Of a stretch of 64,000 nucleotides of DNA, positions 27,301-39,500 are shown piece after piece. Made by a program: the position numbers and the translations under genes. Source of the DNA: Squalus acanthias. Lineage: Eukaryota. Where the stretch lies: the NCBI GenBank assembly GCA_030390025.1, contig CM059438.1, positions 56,546,001 through 56,610,000 on the forward strand, in the 5' to 3' direction. How positions within the stretch are numbered: the first letter of the stretch is position 1; every line of letters starts with the position of its first letter. The notes below the pieces were generated by a model. The model made no database searches and was not told the origin of the DNA. It saw only the letters and a list, made by a program, of their open reading frames with translations.

Positions 27301-30300
27301 CCTACAGTGCAGAACTACCTCCATTGCTGCACTAATTGGCAAGCTTGGAGAAGCCATATGGAGATTGGAAAAATGTCACATCAGTGCAGTAGGGGTGTTC
27401 TTCCAAGGTTGGGGCTAAGGGCCACTGTTGTGGCAGAGTAGAGGGAGCTTAAGGCTGCAGCTAAACATTCTATACCTGACCAGGAAGTGCTTGAGGCTGA
27501 AGTCGGAAAGTGTTCCATTCACCCAGCAATAGGATGCCTCAACCACAGGAGCATAAAGTTCACAGAAAAATGTTGGATACTGTAGAAAAGGAACTGCGCT
27601 CACAACATGGAGTCACTGACTGTGAGGAGTATCATAGAGGGGAGTAACTACACGGTTAACACTCACACCTGAACTAATGCCTGGGCTCATAAACTGGACT
27701 GCAACACCCAGACACATGCGAGGAGGGAGAGAGGCAACAGAGAAAGGAACAGGCATCAATAGCACCTACAGTAACAGAACACTCACACCTACACCAGGAG
27801 CATAGGCGAGATATTCAGCTTCCGGCTAATGTGGTGACATTCCCTTTCTCAGCTTGCAGTCGCCGGTGAGAACAGGCCACTGAAACCGGTGGCTGCAAAC
27901 GTGGATCCAGTAACCTGGACTCAGCTGTACAAGCACAAGCATCTTTTCGCCACCCGACCTCCCGAACTCCAGAGGAGAGGAGTCTCAGGTACGTGACAGG
28001 AGCAATCTAGAAAAATAATTCAGACTGAAAGGTGACAAGTCACTATAGGAAGGACGTGGAAGCATTGGAAAGAGTGCAAAGGAGATTTACCAGGATGCTG
28101 CCTGGTTTGGGGGGGAGGTCTTATGAGGAAGATTGAGGGAGTTGGGGCTTTTCTCTTTAGAGCGGAGGAGGATGAGAGGCGACTTAATAGAGGTTTATAA
28201 GATGATGAGGGGGATAGATAGAGTGGATGTTCAGAGACTATTTCCTCGGGTAGAGGCAGCTGTTACAAGGGGGCATAACTATAAGGTGCATGGGGGGAGA
28301 TATAGAAGGGATGTCCGAGGTAGATTCTTTACTCAGAGAGTGGTTGGGGTGTGGAATGGACTGCCTGCTGTGATAGTGGAGTCAGACACTTTAGGAACTT
28401 TCAAGCGGTTATTGGATAAGCACATGGAGCACACCAGAGTGATAGGGAGTGTGATAGCTTGATCTTGGTCTCGGACAATGCTCGGCACAACATCGAGGGC
28501 CGAAGGGCCTGTACTGTGCTGTACTGTTCTATGTTCTATGTTAAGTCCAAGATAACCAAAGCCTGTTCCTTGGAACGTGTGAATCAGCTATGTTTGAATT
28601 AAAACAGCAGGCAAGTGAACTTACTGTGAATGATTAAACCAATTACCATGTCCCACTGCTCCATTTCAATCCAATGGGATATTAGCTAATTTAGGAGGAG
28701 CTGATAGGGAGGTGAGAGGAACTTTTTCACCCAAAAAGTAATCAACTTGTGGAATTACATACCAGGGAAGAAGACAGTAAATAGGTCAAGGGGCAATTGG
28801 ATGCGTTTCTGTTGAGAGAAGGGATTCAGGAATCTGATGGGAAGTTGGGTTAGTGGTACTGAGGGATGTGGGGAGAGGGTGGGTCGGTGGGGTTGGGGAT
28901 ATGGGGAGAGGGTGGGTAGGTGGGGTTGGGGATATGGGGAGAGGGTGGGTAGGTGGGGTTGGGGATACGGGGAGGGGGTGGGGTTGGGGATATGGAGAGA
29001 GGGTGGGTGGGTGGGGTTGGGGAGATGGGGAGAGGGTGGGTGGGTGGGGTTGGGGATATGGGGAGAGGGTGGGTGGGTGGGGTTGGGGAGATGGGGAGAA
29101 GGTGGGTAGGTGGGGTTGTTGAGATGGGGAGAGGGTGGGTAGGTGGGGTTGTTGAGATGGGGAGAGGGTGGGTAGGTGGGGTTGGGGATATGGGGAGAGG
29201 GTGGGTAGGTGGGGTTGGGGATATGGGGAGAGGGTGGGTAGGTGGGGTTGGGGAGATGGGGAGAGGGTGAGTGGGTGGGGTTGGGGAGATGGGGAGAAGG
29301 TGGGTAGGTGGGGTTGTTGAGATGGGGAGAGGGTGGGTAGGTGGGGTTGGGGATATGGGGAGAGGGTGGGTAGATGGGGTTGGGGATATGGGGAGAGGGT
29401 GGGTAGGTGGGGTTGGGGATATGGGGAGAGGGTGGGTAGGTGGGGTTGGGGATATGGGGAGAGGGTGGGTGGGTGGCGTTGGGGAGATGGGGAGAGGGTG
29501 GGTAGGTGGGGTTGTTGAGATGGGGAGAGGGTGGGTAGGTGGGGTTGGGGATATGGGGAGAGGGTGGGTGGGTGGGGTTGGGGAGATGGGGAGAAGGTGG
29601 GTAGGTGGGGTTGTTGAGATGGGGAGAGGGTGGGTAGGTGGGGTTGTTGAGATGGGGAGAGGGTGGGTAGGTGGGGTTGGGGAGAGGGTGGGTAGGTGGG
29701 GTTGGGGAGAGGGTGGGTAGGTGGGGTTGGGGAGATGGGGAGAGGGTGGGTAGGTGGGGTTGGGGAGATGGGGAGAGGGTGGGTAGGTGGGGTTGGGGAT
29801 ATGGGGAGAGGGTGGGTAGGTGGGGTTGGGGAGAGGGTGGGGTTGGGAGAGGGAGAGGGTGGGTGGGTGGGGTTGGGGATATGGGGAGAGGGTGGGTAGG
29901 TGGGGTTGGGGTGATGAGGAGAGGGTGGGTATGTGGGGTTGGGGATATGGGGAGAGGGTGGGTGGGGTTGGGGTGATGGGGAGAGGGTGGGTAGGTGGGG
30001 TTGGGGATATGGGGAGAGGGTGGGTAGGTGGGGTTGGGGAGATGGGGAGAGGGTGGGTAGGTGGGGTTGGGGATATGGGGAGAGGGTGGGTAGGTGGGGT
30101 TGGGGATATGGGGAGGTGTTCAGGTGGTGCTGATCTATTTGTTGAGCTTAATGGATTTTGTCAAAAAAATCTTGTTATAATTTTGTCCAGCACCACAACT
30201 CAAAGTGGCACAGGCTGATTGGACGTACAGTCTAACACAATCTGATTTTCGATGATTCTGCTGAATTCCGTGTTCAAGCTGAATCGAATGTCCTCTTTTA

Positions 30301-33300
30301 ATGAATCATGAAACAATTTACAATCTCAGCATCAGTTTATTTTTATCATCGGTGATGATTTTGTCCAGCTCTTCAGAGGCCAGGGAATGTGATCCCACAG
30401 CGGGGAGGCCAGGGAATGTGATCCCACAGGAGGGAGGCCAGGGGATGTGATCCCACAGCGGGGAGGGCAGGGAATGTGATCCCACAGCGGGGAGGGCAGG
30501 GAATGTGATCCCACAGGAGGGAGGCCAGGGAATGTGATCCCACAGGAGGGAGGGCAGGGAATGTGATCCCACAGGAGGGAGGGCAGGGAATGTGATCCCA
30601 CAGGAGGGAGGGCAGGGAATGTGATCCCACAGCGGGGAGGGCAGGGAATGTGATCCCACAGGACCTTAGGTGGAACCCGTCAGAATGCAGCAGGAACTTG
30701 GTTGCCCTGTTTCCAGGGTTTTGCAGCCTTCCTTTTAAGGGGAGGAACCTCTGCCCTGTCATCACAGGACAAGTGATGGCGAGCGGACGGGCAGGCTCTG
30801 GGACTTCCTATGCCACAAGTGCCCACTTCCCCAGTGATTAGGGACCCAGCGTTGTTTATGCAGATGATGTCTATCGGCCTTCAGCTGGCTGCAAATGGGC
30901 TCCATCGGGGTGCCAGGCCCAGGATGCATTTGGATTATCCGCTTTACACAAAGGCAGCCAAAGTGGAGATGCCTGGGCTTTCGGAAAGGGGGGCAACTTC
31001 CAAGCCCTCTCCCCCACTCCATGCAGTCGGGTACCAGATTTCTGTTTGCATGGGGTAGGCAGACACCGGAGATGGCACTTATGCTCACAGGCCCCATGTA
31101 AATGAGGTGCCCTCTCGCTAACCCCACAAGCTCCGGCAGTGTTGGTGCTGAGGGCACCAGTGAGCACCATGCCAGCACCACTGCTGGGACAGCATCCTGC
31201 GGGTTTACAGAGCCTCAGTATCGAGTCCCTGGGACTCCTGAGCTTGTTGACAATTAGATGCCTTTGTTGCGGTGAGGAGGATGCCGCAGGATAAGCGGCA
31301 GATGCTGTGTACAGATTAACGCTACTCTCTCCTCCTCTCATTGCTTGGTGTAGGTTACACTGGATTTATTCCACGAATAGGCAACGAGTTTGCACATCCT
31401 TACCAGGAACGGGTGCAGAATGCTATGGACAAGTTTCAGCGCAAACAGGTACTGGCTTCTCTCTAACACTGTTTCAAGGGCGCCCTGCCGAATGCTTCTC
31501 GGAGATGCGGTCCCTTCGTTTGAAAACCTTTTCCCTTCAAACTTTGATTAATAGTCCTTTTAAGTTAACCCTTGGAGCACCAATACATTACCTCACTGGG
31601 GTGCAACCAGACTGCTGGCACCAGCGAGTGGATAACTTGTAGGTGGTGACGCGTTTCTTTTTGATGCTTAAACATCTCAAAAGGTGATCTGGTCAAATCT
31701 ACTTTGAAGTCTTTAGACTTCTGAGCCTGCCTTGGCTTAAAATAACAGCCAGTTTTCAGCCAATCAGAAGCCAATGTTTGTGACGTAATGTCAAGTAAAA
31801 AGGGTGAGAAATTGGAGGCATGGCAGTGGGGGGCGGGGGGGGTGGGGGTTTAAGGACACACAGGTTAGGGCAGTATTTCAAGTTATCTGGTTTCAGTTCC
31901 CAACCCCTAATATGGCCCAAGGTATGGGCAGAGGCACCAGTGTCTATGAGTCACACACTCCGCCAGGAGCGCCAGACTTCAATAGATTCTTCTCCACACA
32001 TCCACCCACTGACTCTGGGTGCAGATAACTCCTAGCAGGTCCCATGTTCGGGGGAAGCTCAGTCTGTCCTGGGCAGGGGTCTGAACAGCTAGCAACACGG
32101 GGTAGGAAGCTTAACACAATGAGTACTCCGAATGTTTACGATTTCTTATCAAACACACTGGGGTAGATTCCCACCTGATCGGCCATCCAGCCGGCAAACT
32201 GCAGCCTGAAATCAAGCACCCACCCCCGGAGGAGGCTGTTGCCGGCCTGGCCAACTGGTCTCTGGGCCGGAAGAAGGTCGGTCCCTGGGGCAACCCAGAT
32301 GTCCAGAGGCGGTGGAGGTGGAGAGGCTGAATTTGTGGAGCCTGGTGGGGGAGCTCTCCTGCTCCTCCCGGGCTCATTTACCTTCCGGCTCCTCTGCAGC
32401 CCAGTCATTATCTGATACCGTGCACTTTGCCCAGTTCAGTCCTAAAATGGCGTTGGGGTCCTATTGATGTTAGAAGACCCCCATTTAAATATTTCAAGCA
32501 GCTAGGTGCTCATCACAGGCAGCCCCCTACTGGATGGGTCACTGTAAAATGGTGATAACGGGAACGGTGAGTTCATGCTCTGAAAGATTTACCTGTTTTC
32601 AGTTTTAAATCTCAAACAGGACGTGCCCTGATTGTGAACTTTTCTCTTTCAGTACTATGTGAGGAACAAGCTGAGAGGTTATCGAGAAGAAGATCCACAT
32701 CCTGACAGTAAACTTTACCTCGACACACCACTGGTTCCTAACTATGGTGGTCATGTGCCAGGTATGTTTTGTTTATGACTGTACAGTCACTGCGCACACC
32801 CTCCATACACACCCCATATACCATACTCTCACTGAACACTGCTGTACATGCTGAATACTTACTGGATTCTCACTGCACTTACTGAGTGCGCAAGTACACT
32901 TACCGAATTTCACACGATCGACAGGTTTTTATAGTTTGAGCTTTGTCCAAAGTGGAGCAAAGGAATGATCTGGGATAAGGGTGACTCTGCTCTTTAGTTA
33001 GGCACTTCACTGTGCAGGTCGCCTGAAGTATCGCTGAACATGGCCACTCTGCCATGCTACGACTGAAACAGCAAGTTTCATTCCTGTTCTTTTCAAGCTG
33101 CTTAGCGCCATACTTGACGAGCTCCACCTGTCAAACATCAAGCTTCAAGTATTCTAGGAAGACTGGAACAGGAGGAGACCATTCAGCCCCTCGAGTCTGT
33201 TCAGCCATTCAATTAGATCATGGCTGATCTGTATCTTAACTCCATTTAACCACCTTGGTTCTATATCCCTTAATGCCCTCAGCTATTAAAAATCTATCGA

Positions 33301-34897
33301 TCTCAGTTTTGAAATTTTCAATTGACCCCCAGCCACAACAGCTTTTTGAGGGAGAGTTCCAGATTTCCACTACCCTTTTTGTGAAGTGCTTCTGACATCA
33401 CCCCTGAATGGCCTAGCTCTAATTTTATGTCACCTTGTTCTGGACTCCCTCACCAGAGGAAATAGTTTCTCTCTATCGACCCTATCAAATCCTTTAATCA
33501 TCTTAAACACCTCGATTAGATCACCCCTTAATCTTCTATACTCAAGGGAATACAAGCCTAGTCTATTTGGGGACAGATATTGAGGTCAGGTGGTTTGTTA
33601 CCAGTCATCGCTCACATATTTAAAACCTTACATTTCCTGCCAACTTTTCCCATTATAAATTCCAAAACTCCATTTTTAGAATGGAAACGTGTCACGTTGT
33701 AATTACACTCTCTGTAGTGGAGATGCTGCAGCCCCACCACTGGGGGGAGGCTGTCATTACAACAGACGTCTACATAGAGAGTTTTCATTATAACTGAGGA
33801 TATAGGAATTTATAATGGAAACATAAAAATAAAGCCAGAACCTATGACTTTAAGACAAGGACTTAATTACAGCTGTCCAGACTGGTCCAATTAGCCCCCA
33901 CATTCTAATCTCACTTCATCTGATTCCCCATGAGCAACACCACAGGAGATCAACTAGTAATATATATAGCACACAGTATAACAGTCTGATGCTGGGTACA
34001 GTTCCCTGTTCTCTGCCCCACTCCCCACAAGCAATGGTTTTTATGTCAGGCTAGACTGAGATTGATAGATTTTTGTTATCCAAAGGTATTAAGGGATATC
34101 GGAACAGGCTCGAGGGGCTAAATGGCCTACCTGTTCCTATGTTCCTAGACAAGAGGATTTTTTTTCGGAAGTCTGGTTGAAAATACATACACAACGTAAG
34201 AATTCGGCCCCTCGAGCCTGCTCCACCATTCAATAAGATCATGGCTGATCTTCAACCTCACCTCCACTTTCCCGCCCGATCCCCATATCCCTTGATTCCC
34301 TTAAGAGTTCAAAAATCTATCGATCTCTGTCTTGAATATACTCAACGACTCAACATCCACAGCCCTTTGGGGTAGAGAATTCCAAAGATTCGCAACCCTC
34401 TGAGCAAAGATATTCCTCCTCATCTCAGTCCTAAATGGCCGACCTCTTATCCTGAGATTATTCCCCAACCAGATGTCTCCCCATAACCTGGGATGCTCTG
34501 CTGTTTTGTTACCTCAGTCTTGAAAAAAAATTTAAACTTGTAAAAGCAATCGCAACACTACGCAGAATGCAAGGTTTGAAACATTTTTCATAGGTACAAA
34601 TGGATGCCAATGTTTACATCAAGCACCCGCAAATGCTTACTGGAATCAGTAAAGCCTTCAACAGGTCCCTGCTGTAACAGGTAGCTGTGTCAGTCAGTAA
34701 ATTGTAATGCAAGCTATGAGACTGTGACACTTCAGGCTGATTCATGAGCTTATGCTTTTGCTAGCTGATGTGATGAGAACCATTAGTCTGCTTCTCAATG
34801 GTTCAATGCCTTGTGTTTTACAGGGTCTAACTTTGATATCGGGTCAACATTTGGCAAGAATTCTAGGATCGCTCATAGACAAATCCACTGTCTGTGA
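24102..34897 (+). CDS. CIMIP2: Ciliary microtubule inner protein 2 (CIMIP2/FAM166 family), spliced; 5' exon not found in the window
   Basis: Six GT-AG exons with compatible phases give one open frame of ~260 aa: 24102-24322, 26894-27042, 27853-27988, 31354-31448, 32653-32761, 34824-34897. It has the repeated FAM166 motifs GYGGY..F...IGKTYGKTT, PGYTGYIP, SGYTGFIPR and PNYGGHVPG...TFGKNSR. Paralogue (A vs B) not resolved. Confidence 0.88.
24900..26250. repeat. C-rich irregular minisatellite (CCCCGCGA[T/C]CCACCTTCACCCC core), intronic
   Basis: Recurrent core separated by C-runs; gives spurious Pro-rich and Gly-rich ORFs. Confidence 0.92.
26530..26818 (-). mobile_element. CR1 LINE ORF2 fragment
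   Basis: VMLQLYKALVRPHL-type RT C-terminal sequence, degenerate. Confidence 0.8.
26894..27042 (+). CDS. CIMIP2: CIMIP2-family exon (phase 1 to 0)
   Basis: atcag|GC TAC ATC CCT; YIPQKLFNYGGSYYKETLESGLDFRRRQ...DGRRK|gtacaa. Confidence 0.82.
27853..27988 (+). CDS. CIMIP2: CIMIP2-family exon (phase 0 to 1)
   Basis: ttctcag|LAVAGENRPLKPV...PELQRRGVS G|gtacgt. Confidence 0.8.
28040..28542 (+). mobile_element. CR1 LINE 3' fragment
   Basis: LGLFSLERRRMRGDLIEVYK...FFTQRVVGVWNGLP; (TTCTATG)n tail. Confidence 0.9.
28865..30116. repeat. 33-bp G-rich minisatellite GGGAGAGGGTGGGTAGGTGGGGTTGGGGATATG
   Basis: Tandem units read directly; 11-aa periodicity in the ORF track. Confidence 0.95.
30378..30662. 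repeat. 29-bp minisatellite (AGGGAATGTGATCCCACAG...GGGAGG[C/G]C), about 10 copies
   Basis: Units start at 30382, 30411, 30440, ... Confidence 0.93.
31354..31448 (+). CDS. CIMIP2: CIMIP2-family exon (phase 1 to 0)
   Basis: gtgtag|GT TAC ACT GGA TTT ATT CCA CGA; YTGFIPRIGNEFAHPYQERVQNAMDKFQRKQ|gtactg. Confidence 0.88.
32653..32761 (+). CDS. CIMIP2: CIMIP2-family exon (phase 0 to 1)
   Basis: tctttcag|YYVRNKLRGYREEDPHPDSKLYLDTPLVPNYGGHVP G|gtatgt. Confidence 0.88.
33155..33565 (-). mobile_element. CR1 LINE 3' fragment
   Basis: CR1 3' UTR (CCATTCAGCCCCTCGAG...ATCATGGCTGATC) plus degenerate ORF2 end. Confidence 0.75.
34050..34465. mobile_element. Two short CR1 3' ends, tail-to-tail (+ at ~34050-34147, - at ~34195-34465)
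   Basis: GGCTCGAGGGGCTAAATGGCCTAC...TTCCTATG on +; GGCCCCTCGAGCCTGCTCCACCATTCAA on -. Confidence 0.7.
34824..34897 (+). CDS. CIMIP2: CIMIP2-family terminal coding exon
   Basis: ttttacag|GG TCT AAC...; SNFDIGSTFGKNSRIAHRQIHCL-TGA. Confidence 0.82.
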
Positions 34898-35036
34898 TTT
34901 CAGCTCAGAACGCAAAACCATAATATCAGGATGATTTTATTGCGTTGGTATAGCATTTGTAACTGAAGCGTAAAAACCACAGAAAAGTACCAAAGAAGAA
35001 AGGAAAGGCATTGTTAAAATAGGCTGGAATGTGATA

Positions 35037-35042
35037 AATAAA
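35037..35042 (+). terminator. Candidate polyadenylation signal of the CIMIP2-family gene
   Basis: AATAAA 140 nt after the stop codon. Confidence 0.55.
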
Positions 35043-35189
35043 GGATGGTTCTAAGCAAAATATGCATAATATTGCTCCTTGACCTGTGTAAAACAGCAAA
35101 AAAGAACCCAAGTGATGTCAGGCATTAGTAACCCTGAAACTATCGAGGGCTCACACTAGTGCCAGGCCATTTATTGTGCTAACTCCATA

Positions 35190-35682
35190 GCCCTGATTTT
35201 AACTCAGGGCAGGAGTCGTGTGGCCAGGGCCTAGACGGAGGGCAAACACTCCGACCATCGGCAGCATGAGGCACGGGAGATTTTAACTCACGGGCCTCAC
35301 CTATATAGGCCCCGTCAGTCTCCTGCCCTAACCCAGAGGGTAGCCCTAGCTGGCCAGTGGGCGTGAGAGGGATGTCAGGCAGTAGGAGGTGGCCATCAGG
35401 GATCATGAAGGAGCGGTCCTCAGCACTCGGGTAAGTGGTTGATTGGGAGGAGCACATGGTCAGGGGAGCTGGTGGAGGCCTAAACTTTCCATGTGGGGTT
35501 TGGAGCAGCACTCCTGCCCCTCAAGGAACGTTTATTTAAAAAAAGCGAAAATCCACTTATTTTTTTGGGCCTCTTCTGCCCGACCTCCTCTTCCCGCTCA
35601 GTTGGCCGAGTGGGGAAGGCACAATAGCTTCCCTATGCAGACAATGGTCTCCCCAGGCAGGCTTCGGGTTAAAATTGCAGTC
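35190..35682. mobile_element. Putative degenerate MITE
   Basis: Imperfect terminal inverted repeats GCCCTGATTTTAACTC ... GGGTTAAAATTGCAGTC around GC-rich non-coding sequence. Confidence 0.5.
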
Positions 35683-35699
35683 AGGCCCCAAGTGGCTAG

Positions 35700-35885
35700 G
35701 GAATGGAGTTTGTAGCAGGTCCAAAGACAATGACTTTGGTCTTCCCAATATTAGAAATTTCTGCTAAATCAGTACTGGATAACAGACAAGCAGTGCAACA
35801 AATCAGAGACAGTGGAGGGATCAAGAGAGGTGGTGGTGAGGTAGAGGTAGGTGTCATCAGCGTACATATGTAACCTGATGTTGCG
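35700..35885 (-). mobile_element. L2-type LINE RT fragment
   Basis: HMYADDTYLYL...LSVIQYW...NIGKTKVIVFG motifs, frameshifted. Confidence 0.7.
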
Positions 35886-36563
35886 TCCATGAGGAATCCC
35901 ATGGAGAAATGCCTTCTGTAGTCTATGTAAAATAAATATTCCAAGGTTTCCATTCCAAGATACATTCAGCCTTTGGATGTTAAACATCTCGTGTAGCTTA
36001 GGTCCAACAATGTGCCCTTGACAGTTGCACTCCATTCTATCACTACGACTGACCAATCCTCCAATATGTGCACCCCAATAAAGTTTCTGGTCCTAACTGT
36101 ATCCATCCTATTACCCCCAAATTTGCCCATTCTGTACAAACTCTTCAACCTTGCAGTGCACCTATCCGTGGAAATTTGCTTTTACCCACTTTACACTTCC
36201 ATCCTATTGCTTTCTGTACAGTAGTTTGTTCATTCTCAAAATATCCATATTGAAAGCATGTCTGTTTAACAGTTGCTCCTGTTATAAACATAATGATTAC
36301 AAAATCTTCATTTCCATGCCCTTTATTTGAGCAAAAAAAAACTTTTAAACTCTTCTTGTAATGCATAAGCCTCATTACCTTCGATAACCCCCCTGTTTCC
36401 TTCTATCTGAAATTCTTGGTTTCACCATCTTGGAGAATCTTAAATGGAAGCACACATCTCCATTGCTGAATCTGCCTCTGCAAGAAACTTACTTTCCTCT
36501 TTTGTGCCAAACTCTCGCTCTCAACAATTGCTCAACTCTCAATCTCAAACCTGTCCAAAACTT

Positions 36564-39500
36564 ACATAGAAACATAGAAGATAGGAGCAGTAGGCCATTC
36601 GGCCCCTCGAGCCTGCTCCGCCATTTAATGAGATCATGGCTGATCATCCAAATTCAGTACCCTGTCCCTGCTTTCTCCCCATATCCCTTGATCTCTTTAG
36701 CCTAAAGAAATATATCCAACTCCTTCTTGAATATATTTAATGAATTGGCTTCAACTGCCTTCTGTGGTAGAGAATTCCACAGGTTCACCACTCTCTGGGT
36801 GAAGAAATTCCTCCTCATCTCAGTCCTAAATGGCTTACCCCTTATCCTTAGACTGTGACCCCTGGTTCTGGACTCCCCCGCCATCGGGAACATCCTTCCT
36901 GCATCTAGTCTGTCTGGTCCTGTTAGAATTTTATAAGTTTCAATGAGATCCCCTCATTCTTCTAAACTCTAGCGAATACAAGCCCAATCGTCCCAATCTC
37001 TCTTCATAAGTCATTCCTGCCATCCCAGGTATCAGTCTGGTGAATCTTCGCTGCACTCCCTCCATGGCAAGAACATCCTTCCTCAGATAAGGCGACCAAA
37101 ACTGCACACAATACTCAAGGTGTGGTCTCACCAAGGCCCTGTACAACTGCAGCAAGACATCCTTGCTCCTGTACTCGAATCCTCTCGCTATGAAGGCCAA
37201 CATACCATTTGCTTTCTTAACCGCCTGCTGCACCTGCATGCTTACCTTCAGCGACTGGTGCACAAGGACTCCCAGGTCTCGTTGCACTTCCCCTTTTCCC
37301 AATCTATTGCCGTTCAGATAATAATCTGCCTTCCTGTTTTTGCCACCAAAGTGGATAATCTCGCATTTATCCACATTATACTTCATCTGCCATGCATCTG
37401 CCCAATCACCCAACTTGTTCAAATTATACTGGAGTTTCTCTGCATCCTCCTCACAACACACACGCCCACCCAGCTTTGTGTCATCTGCAAACTTGGAGAT
37501 ATTACATCTAGTTCCCTTGTCTAGATCATTAATATATATTGTGAACAACTGGGGTCCTAGCACCGATCCCTGCGGTACCCCACTAGTCACTGCCTGCCAC
37601 TTGGAAAAAGACCCGTTTATTCCAACTCTTTGCTTCCTGTCTGCCAACCAGTTCTCTATCCAAGTCAGTACCTTACCCCCAATCCCATGTGCTTTAACTT
37701 TGCACGCTAATCTCTTATGCGGGACCTTATCGAAAGCCTTCTGAAAGTCCAAATACACCACATCCACTGGTTCTCCCTTATCTATTCTACCAGTTACATC
37801 CTCAAAAAATTCCAGTAGATTAGTCAAGCATGATTTACCTTTTGTAAATCCATGTTGATTTTGTCCGATCCTGTCACTGTTTTCCAAGTGCTCTGCTATT
37901 ACATCTTTTATAATGGACTCCAGCATTTTCCCCACTACCGATGTCAGGCTTACCGGTCTATAATTCCACGTTTTCTCTCTCCCACCTTTTTTAAATAGTG
38001 GGGTTACATTAGCTACCCTCCAATCCATGGGAACTGTTCCAGTCTATAGAATTTTGGAAGATGACCAGCAATGCATCTACTATTTCTAGGTCCACTTCCT
38101 TAAGTACCCTAGGATGTAGATTATCAGGCCCTGGGGATTTATCGGCCTTCAATCCCATCAATTTCCCGAACACCATTTCCCTACAAATACTGATTTCATT
38201 CAGTTCTTCCCTCTCATTAGATGCTATGTTCCCCGACATCTCTGGGAGGTTATTTGTGTCCTCCTTTGTGAAGACAGAACCAAAGTATGTATTTAATTGG
38301 TCTGCCATTTCTTTGTTCCCCATTATAAATTCCCCTGATTCTGACTGCAAGGGACCTACGCTTGACTTCACCAATCTTTTTCTCTTCACATATCTATAAA
38401 AGCTTTTACAATCAGTTTTTATGTTCCCTGAAAGCTTACTCTCATACTCTATTTTCCCCCTCTTAATTAATCCCTTTGTCCTCCTTTGCTGAATCCTAAA
38501 CTGCTCCCAATCCTCAGGTTTGCTGCTTTTTCTGGCCAATTTATATGTCCTCTCCTTGGATCTTATGCTATCCCTAATTTCCCTTGTTAGCCACGGTTGA
38601 GTCACCTTTTTTGTTTTATTTTTATGCCAAACAGGGATGAACAAATTCTGTAGTTCATCCATGCGATCTTTAAATGTTTGCCATTGCCTATCCACCGTCA
38701 ACCCTTTAAGTAACGTTCCCCAATCCATCCTCGCCAATTCGCGCCTCATACCATCGTAGTTTCCTTTATTTAAATTCAGGACCCTAGTCTCTGCGTCAAC
38801 TACTTCACTCTCCATCTTAATGAAGAATTCTATCATATTATGATCGCTCCTCCCCAAGGGGCCTCGCACAAGATTGCTAATTAATCCTTTCTCATTACAT
38901 AATACCCAGTCTAAGATGGCTTGATCTCTAGTTGGTTCCTCGACATATTGGTCCAGGAAACCATCCCGTATACACTCTAGGAATTCCTCCTCCACAGTAT
39001 TGTTACTAATTTGGTTAGCCCAATCTATATGTAGATTAGTCACCCATGATAACTGCTGTGCCCTTATCGCACGCATCTCTAATTTCCCGTTTAATGCCAT
39101 CCCCAACCTCAGCATTACTGTTTGGGGGTCTGTACACAACTCCCACTAACGTTTTCTGCCCCATGGTATTTCTCAGCTCTACCCATACCGATTCCACATC
39201 ATCAGAGCTAATATTCTTCCTTACTATTGTGTTAATCTCCTCTTTAACCAGCAATGCTACCCCACCAACCTTTTCCTTTTTGCCTGTCTTTCCTGAATAT
39301 TGAATACCCCTGGATGTTGAATTCCCAGCCTTGGTCACCTTGGAGCCATGTCTCTGGAATCCCAATTATATCATATCCGTTTACATCTATTTGCACAGCT
39401 AATTCATTCACCTTATTACGAATGCTCCTCCCATTAAGACACAAAGCCTTCAGGCTTGTTTTTTTAACACTTAGACCTTTTTGAATGATTATTTACTGTG

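Noticed and set aside
24798..30218. Pro-rich (extensin-like) and Gly/Trp-rich ORFs
   Set aside because: Translations of intronic C-rich and G-rich minisatellites
30660..31320. Possible very old Harbinger transposase remnant on - strand
   Set aside because: Only faint resemblance (LRSPRDSILRLCK); no catalytic motif could be confirmed by eye
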